A stretch of 64,000 nt of DNA from Malacoraja senta. Lineage: Eukaryota. Below, in pieces: positions 50,115 to 61,899 of this stretch. The stretch's first letter is position 1; each line of letters opens with the position of its first letter. A program made the translations under genes and the position numbers. The notes beneath the pieces are model-generated. The model saw only the letters and a list, made by a program, of their open reading frames with translations, was not told the origin of the DNA and did not search any database. Where the stretch lies: contig CM075989.1 of NCBI GenBank assembly GCA_038087875.1, forward strand, positions 5,394,001 through 5,458,000. Direction: 5' to 3'.

Positions 50115-51230
50115 AACATACAACAGTACCAGCACAGGAAGAGGCCCTTCGGCCCACAATGTCCACGCCAAACAATAGACAATAGACAATAGGTGCAGGA
50201 GTAGGCCATTCGGTCCTTCCAGCCAGCACCGCCATTCAATGTGATCATGGCTGATCATCTCCAATCAGTACCCCGTTCCTACCTTCTCCCCATATCTCCT
50301 GATTCCGCTATTTTTAAGAGGCCTATCTAGCTCTCTCTTGAAAGCATCCAGAGAACCGGCCTCTGAGGCAGAGAATTCCACAGACTCACCACTCTCTGTG
50401 AGAAAAAGTGTTTCCTCGTCTCTGTTCTAAATGGCTTACCTCTTATTCTTAAACTGTGGCCCCTGGTTCTGGACTACCCCAACATCGGGAACATGTTTCC
50501 TGCCTCTAATGTGTCCAAACCCTTAACAATCTTATATGTTTCAAACAAAATACCAAACTAATCTCCTCCATCTGGATGTGATTGATATTCTTCCATTCCC
50601 TGCCTCTCAAAGTCCCTTTCTAAAAGCCTCCTAAACACCACTATTGCATCTGCCTCCACCACTACCCCTGGCAGTATGTTCCAGGCACCCACCACCCTCT
50701 GCGTACAAAACCCTGCCCCTCACATTTCTGGTCTTTGACATTTCCATCCTGGGTAATAGGATCTGACTGTCTATCGATGCCTTTTGTATATTTTTGGACT
50801 TTTATCAGGCCTCCTCTTTATCAGGCCTCCTCTTTATCAGGCCTCCTCTTTATCAGGCCTCCTCTTTATCAGGCCTCCTCTTTATCAGGCCTCCTCTTTA
50901 TCAGGCCTCCTCTTTATCAGGCCTCTGATGTTCAAGAGAAAATAATCCATGTTTTTCAACCTCTCCTGATAGCTAATACAGTCTAATCTAGGCAGCATTC
51001 GGAGAAACCTCTTCTGGACCCTCTCCAAAGTCTCCACATCCTTCCTGTAATGGGGCGACCAGAACTGAACACAATATTCCAAATGAGGCCTAATCTAAGT
51101 CCTATAAATCTGCATCATGTATTCCTGACTCATACTCATTGCCTCCACTGATGAAGGCAAGCACACCGTACGCCTTCTTTACCTTCATCTACTTGTGCTG
51201 CCACTTTGAGAGAGCTGTGGACTGGGATGA
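50115..51230 (-). mobile_element. Nested CR1 fragments
   Basis: EYCVQFWSPHYRKDVETLERVQKRF; younger CR1 3' end at about 50172-50543. Confidence 0.8.
50801..50925. repeat. 16-bp tandem repeat (tttatcaggcctcctc), about 7.8 copies
   Basis: Seven perfect units plus a partial unit inside CR1 sequence. Confidence 0.95.
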
Positions 51231-51263
51231 GCATTTAATTAAAGCACAATCTTTTTCCAAATA

Positions 51264-51540
51264 GGGCGGCACAGTGGCGCAGTGGTCGAGTTGCTGCGTT
51301 ACAGCGCCAGGGACCCCAGTTCGAACCTGACTACGGGTGCTGTCTGTACAATGTTTGTACGTTCTTTCTGTGACCCCGTGGGTTTTCTCCGGGTGCTCCG
51401 GTTTTGTCCCACCTTCCAAAGACGAGCAGGTTTGTCGGTGAAATGGCTTCTGTAAATTGTCCCTAGTGTACGGGATGCTCGCTGGTCGGCGCGGACTCGG
51501 TGCGCGGAAGGGCTTGTTTCCACGCTGCATCTTTACACTA
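51264..51540 (+). mobile_element. HE1-like SINE
   Basis: Head, V-domain, tail. Confidence 0.8.
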
Positions 51541-52009
51541 GGCTACACTTATCCGTCAGGTACACACCTTTTTTGAGGACCTGCATTATACTGATCGATG
51601 GAGATCTGACAACAGGTTTATTTTGTAGAATCTCATTCACCCTAAGAACTGGATTGCCTCCATTCAATTTTGTTTACGGCTTTCCAGCTGTCAGAGAAAC
51701 AGGGAGCTTCATGAAACCTGTCTGTGATGGATTCAAATCCTGAAATTAGAAAGAAGGCACTCCTTGTCTTTAAGCTCACAAGTAGACCATTTATTGGGGT
51801 CAAGCAAGTATCAAAATTGTAATTTAAAAATAAAATAATGTTTAAAAAAACACGACAAATATTCTGCAAAGTTTACCTTGCGCTTCAGAAGAGTCTTTAA
51901 TCTGCAGAGAGGAAGAAATATAGTAGTTGAAACATTTTTTAAATTCATTTGTGGAATACGGTAATGGGTGGTCAGGCCAGTATGTAATGGCCATCACCAA
52001 CTGTTGCAA

Positions 52010-52306
52010 GGTGGAGCAGCGGTAAAGTTGCTGCCTTACAGGGCTAGAGACATGGGTTCAATCCTGACTACCGGTGCCGTCTGTACAGAGTTCGTACGTT
52101 CTCCATGTGATCTGCTGGGTTTCTCCGGGTGCTCTGGTTTCCTCCCACACTCTGAAGATGTACAGGTTTGTAGGCTTGGTAAAATTGTAAATTGTCCCTA
52201 GTGTGAGTAGGACAGTGTTAGTGTGTGGGGATCGCTAGTCGGCACGGACTCGATGGGCCGAACGGCCTGTTTCCACACTGTATCTTTAAACTAAATTAAA
52301 CTAAAC
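52010..52306 (+). mobile_element. HE1-like SINE
   Basis: Head, V-domain, tail. Confidence 0.8.
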
Positions 52307-52534
52307 TGGCTTGAATAACTAGCTTGTACTCTTATTCACAAGACATTTTTGATAAAATTGAACACTTTGCGAGACCATTTCAGGGTGCAATTGGTGTGGA
52401 TCAAAAAGCAAAATACTGCAGATATGATTTTTTTTTTAATAAACAGAAAATGCTGGAATTATTCAGCAAGTCAGGCAGCACAACATATCAGCTTGATGAG
52501 TTTCCTTCAGAACTGGGAAAACAATAGATATTAA

Positions 52535-53465
52535 GTTTTAGATTTAGCTTTCGAGATCTATCATGGAAACAAGCCCATCGGCCCACCGAGTCCCAGCCAA
52601 ATAGCGATCACCCATACACTAGTGTAGGAAGGAACTGCAGATGCTGGTTTAAATCAAAGATAGACACAAAATGCTGGAGTAACTCAGCCGGACAGGCAGC
52701 ATCACTGGAGAGAAGGAATGGGTGACATTTCGGGTTGAGACCCTTCTTCAGTCTACTGTACACTAGTTCTATCCAACAAACTAGAAGCAACCTCCAAACC
52801 CGCATGTCTTTGGAATAGAGGAGGAAACCAGAGCACCTGGTTTTCCCATCTATACCCTATACATCAGGGGCAATTTACAGAAGCCAATTAACCATCAAAC
52901 CTGTTTGGCTTTGGAGTGTGGGAATATACCAGAGCACCACGCTCTCAAAGGGGGAACGTACAAACTCCGTACAGACAGCACCCGTAGTTGGGATCACACC
53001 CGGGTCTCTGGCGCTGCAAGGCAGCAACTCTACTGTTGTGAGATCAAATAACTGTTGTGAGTTCAAATCCTGTCCCAGTCGATACGATAGAATCCCAAAA
53101 TGTCCCTCGTGATCATAAGGCTAACATTTTATTCAGCCCGACAGTACATGTATGATCCAATGTGTGAGTGATTGTGTACTCTGCAGTCCCTCAGCACAGC
53201 GCATAGCCTTGCGGAGATAGAGGGAGACATCTCTCCAACACCACGGTGGCGCTGTGGTAGAGTTGCTGCCTTACAGCGCTTGCAGTGCCAGAGACCCGGG
53301 TTCGATCCCGACTGCGGGTGCTGTCTGTACGGAGTTTGTACGTTCTCCCCGTGACCGCGTGTGTTTTCTCCGAGATCTTCGGTTTCCTCCCACACTCCAA
53401 AGACGTACAGGTATGTTGGTTAATTGGCTTGGTGTATGTGTAAATTGTCCCAAGTGTGTGTAGGA
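52535..53465. mobile_element. Cluster of HE1-like SINEs (minus 52535-52830 and 52870-53040; plus 53243-53465) with a PLE insert
   Basis: SINE motifs on both strands. Confidence 0.7.
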
Positions 53466-54660
53466 TGTGCGGGTACCTTCCTGCACTGAGATCGAGTCAG
53501 TTACTGACCAGTTGGTTATGATTTGTGTTCTTTTTTGTCTTCTTTTTAAAAATATTTTTATTAGAAGCAATGTACATACATAATAATCCTGGTATATAAC
53601 ATAATACATTTCATGTACAACTTCTTTTTTTTTTTATAGAAAAGAAAGAAAGAAAAAAAGAAAAGCTTGAGGATAGTAGTGAGTGTAGAAAAAAACAAAA
53701 ACAGAAAGGCCCCAAAAATAAAAGGGCCTTAAGAAAAGAAAGGAAATAAGAAATTTGTGTTCATTCAACATTCAGGTATCAAGAGTACGAGGATATTAAA
53801 TTAAATCTCACGTAGACAAAAATGCTGGAGAAACTCAGCGGGTGAGGCAGCATCTATGGAGTGAAGGAAATTTGTCTACCTTCGATTTTCCAGCATCTGC
53901 AGTTCCTTCTTAAAAATTAAATCTCACAATCACTTTCCTCTCAAAGAATTAGATGTTAATATATTTATTGGGAAATACAACTAATTTTCTTAAAGAAAAC
54001 ACAAAGGGCAGCAATAACTCAACATGTCAGACTGCATCTCTGGAGAACATGGATAAATGACGTTTCGGCCCTGACCCGACACATCACCTATCCATGTTCT
54101 CCAGGGATGTTGCCTGAGCCGCAGAGGTACTCCAGCACTTTGACTCTTCTTTTTGTAAACCAGCATTCGCAGTTCCTGCATCTCCTAATTTTCCAAAAGA
54201 TTCAGTCTTTTTTTGTGAGATAAATTAACAAAATTACATCATATTTGTAATTAACTGCTGTAGTTACACAGAAATAAACTAGTGACATTGTGCTGAAAAA
54301 AACATTTCTCCCAACTCCATATTCCAATCCTCAGTGTGTCTATATAACACCAGTCAGGGCAATTTACAAGTGATGTTCTCCATAGATTCTCAATGGATAT
54401 TTAAAAACCTTGAAGTGTAGTTGCATCCAAGTTGTTTTCTTTCACATTTGAGTTTGAACGTTCACTTGTATGATAGGTTGTGGTGTTATTAACCCAGGAC
54501 ACTAGATGGAGCACTTCAAGATGGAAGAGAATTCTCGTTTACTTCTCCTACTCTTGCTCCTCGATAAAAAGTTTAGCATCATCCTCTCTTCACAGGAGAG
54601 TTTTGTGTTAGTTGGTATTGGATCAGTGGGCAGGGAAAAGAGCACAGCATATGCACTGTA

Positions 54661-55377
54661 AGGGGCCTGTCCCACTTTGACGACCTAATCCACGAGTTTA
54701 GAAGACCCTAGACGAGTTGAAAAAAATGTCAAGGTCGTGTTAACTCGCCGAAGTAAAAGATCTCTTACGACCTCCTACGACTATGTCTACGACCTCCTAC
54801 GACTATGTCTACGACCTCCTACGACTATGTCTACGACCTCCTACGACTATGTCTACGACCTCCTACGACTATGTCTACGACCTCCTACGACTATGTCTAC
54901 GACCTCCTACGACTATGTCTACGACCTCCTACGACTATGTCTACGACCTCCTACGACTATGTCTACGACCTCCTACGACCCCCGTTGACCTCAGTCTTCC
55001 ACACCTAAGACCAACTACAACTAGCTACAAGTGGAAATAAACGTATGATAAAATGATGTCATGTTTGCATTGTTTCCTCGGGCCAGTTACCGACCAACGA
55101 TTATCTACGACTACCATCACGACCTACCTACAAACTACCTACGAGTAAAAAGTATCAATTTTTTCCATGCCGACCTTTTTTTTACTCGTGGACATTTCTT
55201 ATCAGGCTGGAAAAAACGCCGCGACCTACTTGAGGCCAGGAGTACGCGGAGACCACTCACGAGCATGAGGAAGTTACAAAGACCTCCTAGGACCTCGTGG
55301 CGACCATGCTGCGAGTATGAGTCAAGGGCAAACTCGGCAGAGGTCGCCAATTAGGTCGTGAAAGTAGGACAGGGGCT
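54661..55377. mobile_element. PIF/Harbinger-like MITE with internal minisatellite
   Basis: TIR cores cctgtcccactttgacgacctaat / attaggtcgtgaaagtaggacagg; TWA-like flanks. Confidence 0.75.
54766..54979. repeat. 22-bp perfect minisatellite (ctacgacctcctacgactatgt), about 9.7 copies
   Basis: Nine identical units plus a partial unit. Confidence 0.95.
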
Positions 55378-55413
55378 TTACTCTGAGAGGCAATATCATC
55401 ACCAAACTCCTCA

Positions 55414-55722
55414 GGGTGGCACAGTGGCGCAGCAGTAGAGCTACTGCCTTACAGTACCAGAGGCCCGGGTTCGACCCTGACTACGGGTGCTGTCTGTACG
55501 GAGTTTGGACATTCTCCCTGTGACCGCATGGGTTTTCCCTGAGTGCTCCGGTTTCCTCCCACACTCCAAGGACATCCAGGTTTGTAGGATAATTGGCCTT
55601 GGTAAAAATTGTAAATTGTCCCTAGTGTGTAGTGTGGGTTAGTGTATGGGGTGATCGCTGGTTGGCGCGAACTTGGTGGGCCGAAGGGCCTGCCTCCGTG
55701 CTGTATTTCTAAACAAAACTAA
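55414..55722 (+). mobile_element. HE1-like SINE
   Basis: Head, V-domain, tail. Confidence 0.85.
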
Positions 55723-56269
55723 GGTAAAATTGTGTGCTGGAAGGAGTTGCAGATGCTGGTTTACACCGAAGATAGACACAAAATGCTGGAGTAACTCAGC
55801 GGGACAGGTAGCATCTCTGAAGAAAAGGAATAGATGACGTTTCGGGTCAAGACCCTTCTTCAAGAAGTAGATGGGTCTCAACCCAAAACGTCACCTATTC
55901 CTTTTCTCCAGAGATGCTGCTTGACCCCCTAAGTTACTCCAGCATTTTGTGTCCATGTTTTGTGTCCAATGTTTTTCCTGGACCTAGGACTAAACAGCCC
56001 TCTCTGTCACTGGATCCTTTACCTTTTGACCATAATCAGTAAGGATAGGTGACAAAACACCCTCCACAATAGTTATTAATAATAAACATTGTCGCGGGGT
56101 GACGCCTGTATGGTCGTGAGTAGTCGCCCAAAGAGTCGTACCTTTTTCTAGTCTTCGGCCACCTGCTGCGACTATGATGGGTGCCGGCAAGTTGCTGAAA
56201 AAATCGCGTAAGTGGGACAGGCCTTTTACTATACTCGCTGTGCACCAAGGCCAATTTCTGCTCAATCTA

Positions 56270-56600
56270 CGTTTGCAGATGACACCACTATGGTGAGCTG
56301 GATCTCAAACAACGACGAGATGGAGTACAGGAAACAGGTTGAGAGTTGAGTAACATGATGCCAAGACAATACACCTTTCCCTTAATGGTACACAAAAATG
56401 CTGGAGAAACTCAGCGGGTGCAGCAGCATCTATGGAGCGAAGGAAATAGGTAACGTTTCGGGCTGAAACCCTTCTTCAGACCTGCTGAGTTTCTCCAGCA
56501 TTTTTGTGTACCTTCGATTTTCCAGCATCTGCAGTTCCTTCTTTAACACCTTTCCCTTAATGTCAGCAAGACGAAGGAGCTAGTTATTCACTCCAGGAAG
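56270..56600 (+). mobile_element. Rex/Babar RT fragment with PLE-derived insert (56388-56545)
   Basis: FADDTTMVSWISNNDEMEYRKQV...LNVSKTKELVI; 17-bp direct repeat acacctttcccttaatg at 56371-56387 / 56546-56562. Confidence 0.7.
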
Positions 56601-57074
56601 CGAGATGGGAGTACATGAGTCACAAACGAAAGCTTTTCACTGCGTTTCAGTACAGGTGACAGTAATAGACTAATACCAGGATGTGCACGCAAAACATATC
56701 ACCCACATATGTGAAAGCAGTGACTGGAGAAGATTTTTTTATTCATTCAAGGAACGTGGGCTTGGCGGACTGAGCCAGCATTTAATGCCCATCCCCTGTT
56801 GCCCTCGAAACTGCTGTGGTCCATGAAGTGTGGTGCGTTTTCGGTGCTGCCAGGCAGGGACTTCCAGCATCGTGACCCAGACACAGTGAGTGGACAGAGA
56901 TACATTCCCAAGTCAGGGTGGTGTGTGGCTCAGAGGGCCAGCTCCACGTGGTGGAGTTCCCCCTGCTTTTGCTGTCCTTGCCCTTCTCGCAGGCAGTGAT
57001 GGGTTTGGAAAGTGCTGAACAAGGAGCCCTGCAGAGGCTGGGTTGATGATAATAACACAGGTTCAAATCCCATC

Positions 57075-57325
57075 GGGTGGTGCAGCGGTAGAGTTGCTGC
57101 CTAACAGTGCCAGAGACTCGGGTACATTCACCTCGTGACTGCCTGGGTTTTCTCCGGGTGCTCTGGTTTTCTCCCACGTTCCAAAGACATACAGGTTTGG
57201 AGATTAATTGGCTTCAGTAAAGTGTGCAGGATAGCGCTAGTGTACGGGGTGATCGCTGGTCAATGCAAACTTGGTGGGCCGAAGGGCCTGTTTCCATGCT
57301 GTATCTCTAAATAAAAACTAAACAA
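57075..57325 (+). mobile_element. HE1-like SINE with internal deletion
   Basis: Head, partial V-domain, tail. Confidence 0.75.
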
Positions 57326-57929
57326 AACCATCATGGCTCATGCAATCTTTAATTCAGCAAATGCATCAACAATATCAGACATAACTGCGTAAAAACCAGA
57401 CACAAGGAAATGCAGATGCTTGTTTACAAACAAGGGCACAAGGTGCTGGAGTAACTCTCCCACCCCCCTCCCCTCCACATCACAATTTATTTATTTATTT
57501 ATTTATTTATTTATTCCGAACAAGTAAAGACATTAAAGGCATTGATATTAACAAAATCGAAATTATCAAACAATTGAACATTGCAATCAACATTTACAAT
57601 TGAGAAGAACAAAATCAAGGTTCCAATGTCCAACTCAGAGTCTGTACAAGCTCGAAAAGGAGTGAGAAGAAGAATAACTTATTAAATCTCACCCCTTTTC
57701 CCACACTTCTATCGTATTTAAAAATCAATTCCTTACTAATAATAGTACTGCCCTAGGCAATTTCCCATAATACATACAGACACTTATATACATTCAACTA
57801 TTATGTACATACAATCTTCATATTTGAAGTACCCAACATCAGTGAACAATAGTAAACAAGATAAACATCAACAATAGTAACAAGATAACATCAACGATTG
57901 TAAACAAGATAAACATCAACCCCCACTTG

Positions 57930-60900
57930 TCAACCATCCCCTCCATCCCTGTACCCCTTGAGCATTATTTTTTTATATATCATTTTAAAATGATTCATGT
58001 TTGTGCATTGCTTCAATTCCCCGTTCAATTTATTCCACACTCCTACTCCACAAACCGAAATACAAAAGGATTTTCTAGTCGTACGGACTTGTTGTTTCTT
58101 AAAGTTAAATATTCCTCTTAAATTGTAACCCCCCACACGCTCGTTAAATAATTTTTGAATGTTTCCAGGTAAATTTTTATTTTTGGCCCTAAACATTATC
58201 TGAGCTGTTTTGAATGTGACCAAATCTTCTAATTTTAATAATTTTGACTCTAAAAATAATGGATTCGTATGACCCAGATACTTAGCATTATGGATAATAC
58301 GAATTGCTCTTTTTTGCATCACGGTTAATGAGTGTATCGAATTTTTATAATTATTTCCCCAGACTTCTGTACAATAATTTAAGTAGGGTAAAATTAATGT
58401 ACAATAAAGAATACGGAGTGATTTGTAATCCAGAGCTTGCTTGGCTTTGTATAATACAGAGATACTTTTTGATAATTTTAATTTTACATGTTTAATATGT
58501 GATTTCCAGCTTATTTTATCGTCAATTATAACCCCAAGAAATTTATTTTCATGCACTCTTTCAACTTCCACCCCATTTATCTTTATACTTACTAGGGGAC
58601 TTATTCTACAATTACCAAATAACATTATTTTAGTTTTACTCAGATTTAATGAAATTTTATTACTATCAAACCATATTTTCAATTTACCCATTTCTTTTAT
58701 TATTTTATCCAATAGCCTTTTTAAATTTTCTCCAGAGCAAAAAATATTTGTATCATCTGCAAACAAAACCAGCCTCAAGACATTGGACACATTACAAATA
58801 TCATTTATGTACATGATAAATAATTTTGGGCCCAGCACTGACCCCTGTGGTACACCACACACAATGTCCAAACATGTAGAATTATGACTACCCAGATTTA
58901 CAAACTGTTGCCTGTTACTTAAGTAGCTTTTAATCCAGTCCAGTACTATTCCTCTAATTCCATACCTCTCCAATTTTTTTAATAAAATATCATGATTAAT
59001 TGTATCAAATGCTTTTTTTATGTCAATGAATATCCCAGCTGCATATAATTTCTTATCAATGGCGTTTGTGATGTCTTCAATTAATTCTAGTATTGCAAGT
59101 GATGTTGATCTATTTGTTCTGAATCCATATTGACTTTCTGTTAATAATTTATTATTTTCTACAAATTTGTCTAGTCTATTATTAAACATTTTTTCTAATA
59201 TTTTGGAAAATTGTGGGAGTAAGGAAACAGGTCTATAGTTTGTAAAATGATGCTTGTTCCCTGTTTTGTATATTGGTATTATTTTTGCTATTTTCATTTT
59301 AATTGGAAAAGTTCCGGTCTGGAAGGATAAATTACAGATGAATGTTAAAGGTTTGGAGATCCCCTCAATGACCATCTTAACTAGCGACATGTCAATGTCA
59401 TTGAAATCGGTTGACTTCTTATTTTTACATGTTTTGACAATATCCAGCAGTTCTTTCTCTTCTACTGCCGTAAGAAACATAGAGCAGGGATTTCTTTCCA
59501 CTAATTTCTCAGGTGTTTCTCCAGATGTCCCTGAATCAGGGATTTGTTTAGCCAGGTCTGGTCCAATATTAACAAAAAAATTATTAAAGCTATTAGCTAT
59601 ATCTTCCATGTTGTAAATTTCCTTATCCTTATCAATAAAATACTTCGGGTAATTTGTTCTCCCCGGACCATTTCGGATAATGCTATTAAGTATGCTCCAT
59701 ATTCTTTTTATATTGTCTTTATTGTCATCTAATTTCTTCTTATAATAATCTTTCTTGCTTTCTCTTATGATGTAAGTTAATTTATTTTTATACTTTTTAT
59801 ATTTATTTTCTGTATCTTTAGTTCTCTCTCTTATAAAATCTCTGTATAGGCCATTTTTTTTTTTACAAGCATTTTGTAATCCCTTTGTAATCCATGGACA
59901 TTTAGTATATTTTGATTTTCTATTATATTCTTTAATTGGACAATTTTTATCATATAATAACTTAAACATATCAATAAATGTTTCATAAGCACTATCAATG
60001 TCTCTTTTTTGGTATATTATATCCCAGTTTTGTGCCAATAGATCCTTTTTTAGTGCATTGATAGCTTCCTCCGATCTCACTCTTCTATATTCTATTAATC
60101 TGCTTGGTTTGTTATTCCTGTGGACACCATCATAAACTACAAAAACTGGCAGATGGTCACTTATATCATTAATTAATAATCCACTTACTATTTTATTTTC
60201 CAAATCATTGTTAAATATATTGTCAATGAGTGTAGCGCAATGGGAAGTAATTCTACTAGGTCTAGTGATTTTCGGAAATAGACTCATGCTGTACATAGTA
60301 TTAATAAAATCTTCTGTAAGGTTGTGTTGATTAGGATTTAGTAGGTCAATATTGAAATCTCCACATAAAAACACTGATTTACTACCTGTTGTTGAAAACA
60401 TACTCTCCATCCAGCCCCTGAAGATTTCAATATTTGACCCCGGTGCCCTATATATACAGCTAATGATTACATTTTTATTTCCACCATTACTTATTTCTAT
60501 AGTTATACATTCATGCAGATTGTCAACCACAGTTGTCATATTATCTACTACCTTATAATTCAGAGTTGTATCCACATATAGTGCTACCCCTCCTCCCCCC
60601 TTATTTTTTCTATTGATGTAATTGAAGTCATATCCGTCCATCTCAAAATCAATTCCCTTTTCTTGATTAATCCATGTTTCAGATATTGCGATGACATTGA
60701 ATGGTTGTGAAAATTTTTGTAAATACTCTTTAATATTATTGAAATTCGTATAGAGGCTCCTGCTATTAAAGTGGATAATAGATAATTTGCCTTTTGTATT
60801 AATATTCTGATTATACTGCTCCTCTGTGTAGTAGCAGCAGATATTTTTGTCGTTAGAATTAAAGTAAAAATTATTGTCCGGGTCTATATCGTATTCCAAA

Positions 60901-61037
60901 TCCTGTAAATTGTGTTCTGTATATTCGAATGGTTGTAACTTCGGTTGTTCCTTTTCGCTTATTATTTTAGTTACTTGACTTCCATTTCCAGATGTTAATG
61001 GCTGAATTCCTTCAGTGTTTTCCCGTTTTATGGTCAT
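57930..61037 (-). CDS. ORF2: APE endonuclease + reverse transcriptase (1035 aa)
   Basis: APE motifs HFNSRSL, ISETW, GGGVALYV, GDFNID, SDH; RT motifs NYRPVSLL, QYGFR, DIKKAFD, GVPQGSVLGP, FADDT, KFLGV. Confidence 0.95.
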   Translation of the reverse strand: MTIKRENTEGIQPLTSGNGSQVTKIISEKEQPKLQPFEYTEHNLQDLEYDIDPDNNFYFNSNDKNICCYYTEEQYNQNINTKGKLSIIHFNSRSLYTNFNNIKEYLQKFSQPFNVIAISETWINQEKGIDFEMDGYDFNYINRKNKGGGGVALYVDTTLNYKVVDNMTTVVDNLHECITIEISNGGNKNVIISCIYRAPGSNIEIFRGWMESMFSTTGSKSVFLCGDFNIDLLNPNQHNLTEDFINTMYSMSLFPKITRPSRITSHCATLIDNIFNNDLENKIVSGLLINDISDHLPVFVVYDGVHRNNKPSRLIEYRRVRSEEAINALKKDLLAQNWDIIYQKRDIDSAYETFIDMFKLLYDKNCPIKEYNRKSKYTKCPWITKGLQNACKKKNGLYRDFIRERTKDTENKYKKYKNKLTYIIRESKKDYYKKKLDDNKDNIKRIWSILNSIIRNGPGRTNYPKYFIDKDKEIYNMEDIANSFNNFFVNIGPDLAKQIPDSGTSGETPEKLVERNPCSMFLTAVEEKELLDIVKTCKNKKSTDFNDIDMSLVKMVIEGISKPLTFICNLSFQTGTFPIKMKIAKIIPIYKTGNKHHFTNYRPVSLLPQFSKILEKMFNNRLDKFVENNKLLTESQYGFRTNRSTSLAILELIEDITNAIDKKLYAAGIFIDIKKAFDTINHDILLKKLERYGIRGIVLDWIKSYLSNRQQFVNLGSHNSTCLDIVCGVPQGSVLGPKLFIMYINDICNVSNVLRLVLFADDTNIFCSGENLKRLLDKIIKEMGKLKIWFDSNKISLNLSKTKIMLFGNCRISPLVSIKINGVEVERVHENKFLGVIIDDKISWKSHIKHVKLKLSKSISVLYKAKQALDYKSLRILYCTLILPYLNYCTEVWGNNYKNSIHSLTVMQKRAIRIIHNAKYLGHTNPLFLESKLLKLEDLVTFKTAQIMFRAKNKNLPGNIQKLFNERVGGYNLRGIFNFKKQQVRTTRKSFCISVCGVGVWNKLNGELKQCTNMNHFKMIYKKIMLKGYRDGGDG

Positions 61038-61756
61038 TGGTATGTGTCCAGATCTGCAATATCTCTGATGACCAGCACTTTGGCTTCCTCTGGTGTTCCA
61101 TTTAATTTAATAAAGATTTTACAGTTTGCAGTCCAGGTATTTAATATTTTTTTTTGTTTCTTAAGGAATCTTGCTTGTCGGGCTATATCGGCATTTCGTT
61201 TTGTTAGGTGCTCATTCATGTATACATTTGTTCCCTTCAGCTTTCTTCCTTGCTTTAGGAGACTGACTTTATATTTCCTGCTTACAAACCTTATTATGAT
61301 GGCAGGTTTGTCATCACTATTTTTAACATCTTTCGATTTTTTCCTGGGCAGTGGGTGACAAGCCTCGATGTTATCGCAGTCTACTTGTATACCTTTCGAC
61401 TGCAGGAAGGCCGCCACCTGTTGCTCCGTGGAGCTTGTGTCCATTTCCCCGGGCTCCCCCCCGTTTTCTTCAGTCACCGCCCGTGCGTATGACCGGGGCT
61501 TTATACTGAGCCCGGTAATAATGATGTTGTTCTCTCTGGTGTACTGCTCCAGATCTGCAACTCTGCTCTCCAGGAACACCAGTCTCCGGTCCTTTTCGGC
61601 GCTCTGGATCCGAAGAGCCCTTACCTCCGCCACGAGGTCGAGGATGGCTTTCTGCTGTTTTTTGACAGCAGAAATCTCCTCCGACAAGAACTCCAGCGCT
61701 CTTTTTATTTCGTCGCTATCCTCCGTTGTTATTACCTTCTTCGGAGGCATGGTCAC
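61034..61756 (-). CDS. ORF1: coiled coil + RRM-like nucleic-acid-binding protein (240 aa)
   Basis: Heptad-rich N-terminus, LEQYTRENNIIITGL, IEACHPL, IIIRF, VYMNEHLTKRN, W..NCKIFIK; directly upstream of ORF2. Confidence 0.9.
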   Translation of the reverse strand: MTMPPKKVITTEDSDEIKRALEFLSEEISAVKKQQKAILDLVAEVRALRIQSAEKDRRLVFLESRVADLEQYTRENNIIITGLSIKPRSYARAVTEENGGEPGEMDTSSTEQQVAAFLQSKGIQVDCDNIEACHPLPRKKSKDVKNSDDKPAIIIRFVSRKYKVSLLKQGRKLKGTNVYMNEHLTKRNADIARQARFLKKQKKILNTWTANCKIFIKLNGTPEEAKVLVIRDIADLDTYQ

Positions 61757-61846
61757 CAGCCTACTCAGGTAAACTCCAGCTACTCAGTTTTTCAATGAAA
61801 GCCAAGGTCTAACCTCGGATAATCCTCTCACCACCGCTCACCGCTG

Positions 61847-61879
61847 CCGCCATTTTCTATCGAGTCCACTCCGCCATTT
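61847..61879 (-). promoter_or_regulatory. Putative internal promoter: two YY1-like AAATGGCGG motifs at the LINE 5' end
   Basis: ccgccatttt at 61847-61856 and ccgccattt at 61871-61879 on the plus strand. Confidence 0.4.
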
Positions 61880-61899
61880 CAGTCTGAAGAAGGGTTTAA

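Larger units (their letters stand above)
57486..61879 (-). mobile_element. Full-length, apparently intact non-LTR retrotransposon, L2 group (Crack/Daphne-like)
   Basis: Short 5' UTR, ORF1, ORF2, about 440-bp 3' UTR and (AAAT)n tail; no stops or frameshifts; no clear TSD. Confidence 0.92.

Noticed and set aside
54737..55040. Repetitive ORFs and a CRISPR-like look of the 22-bp array
   Set aside because: Units are contiguous and identical with no spacers, inside a eukaryotic MITE.
58304..61772. Plus-strand ORFs within the LINE
   Set aside because: Antisense shadows of ORF1 and ORF2.
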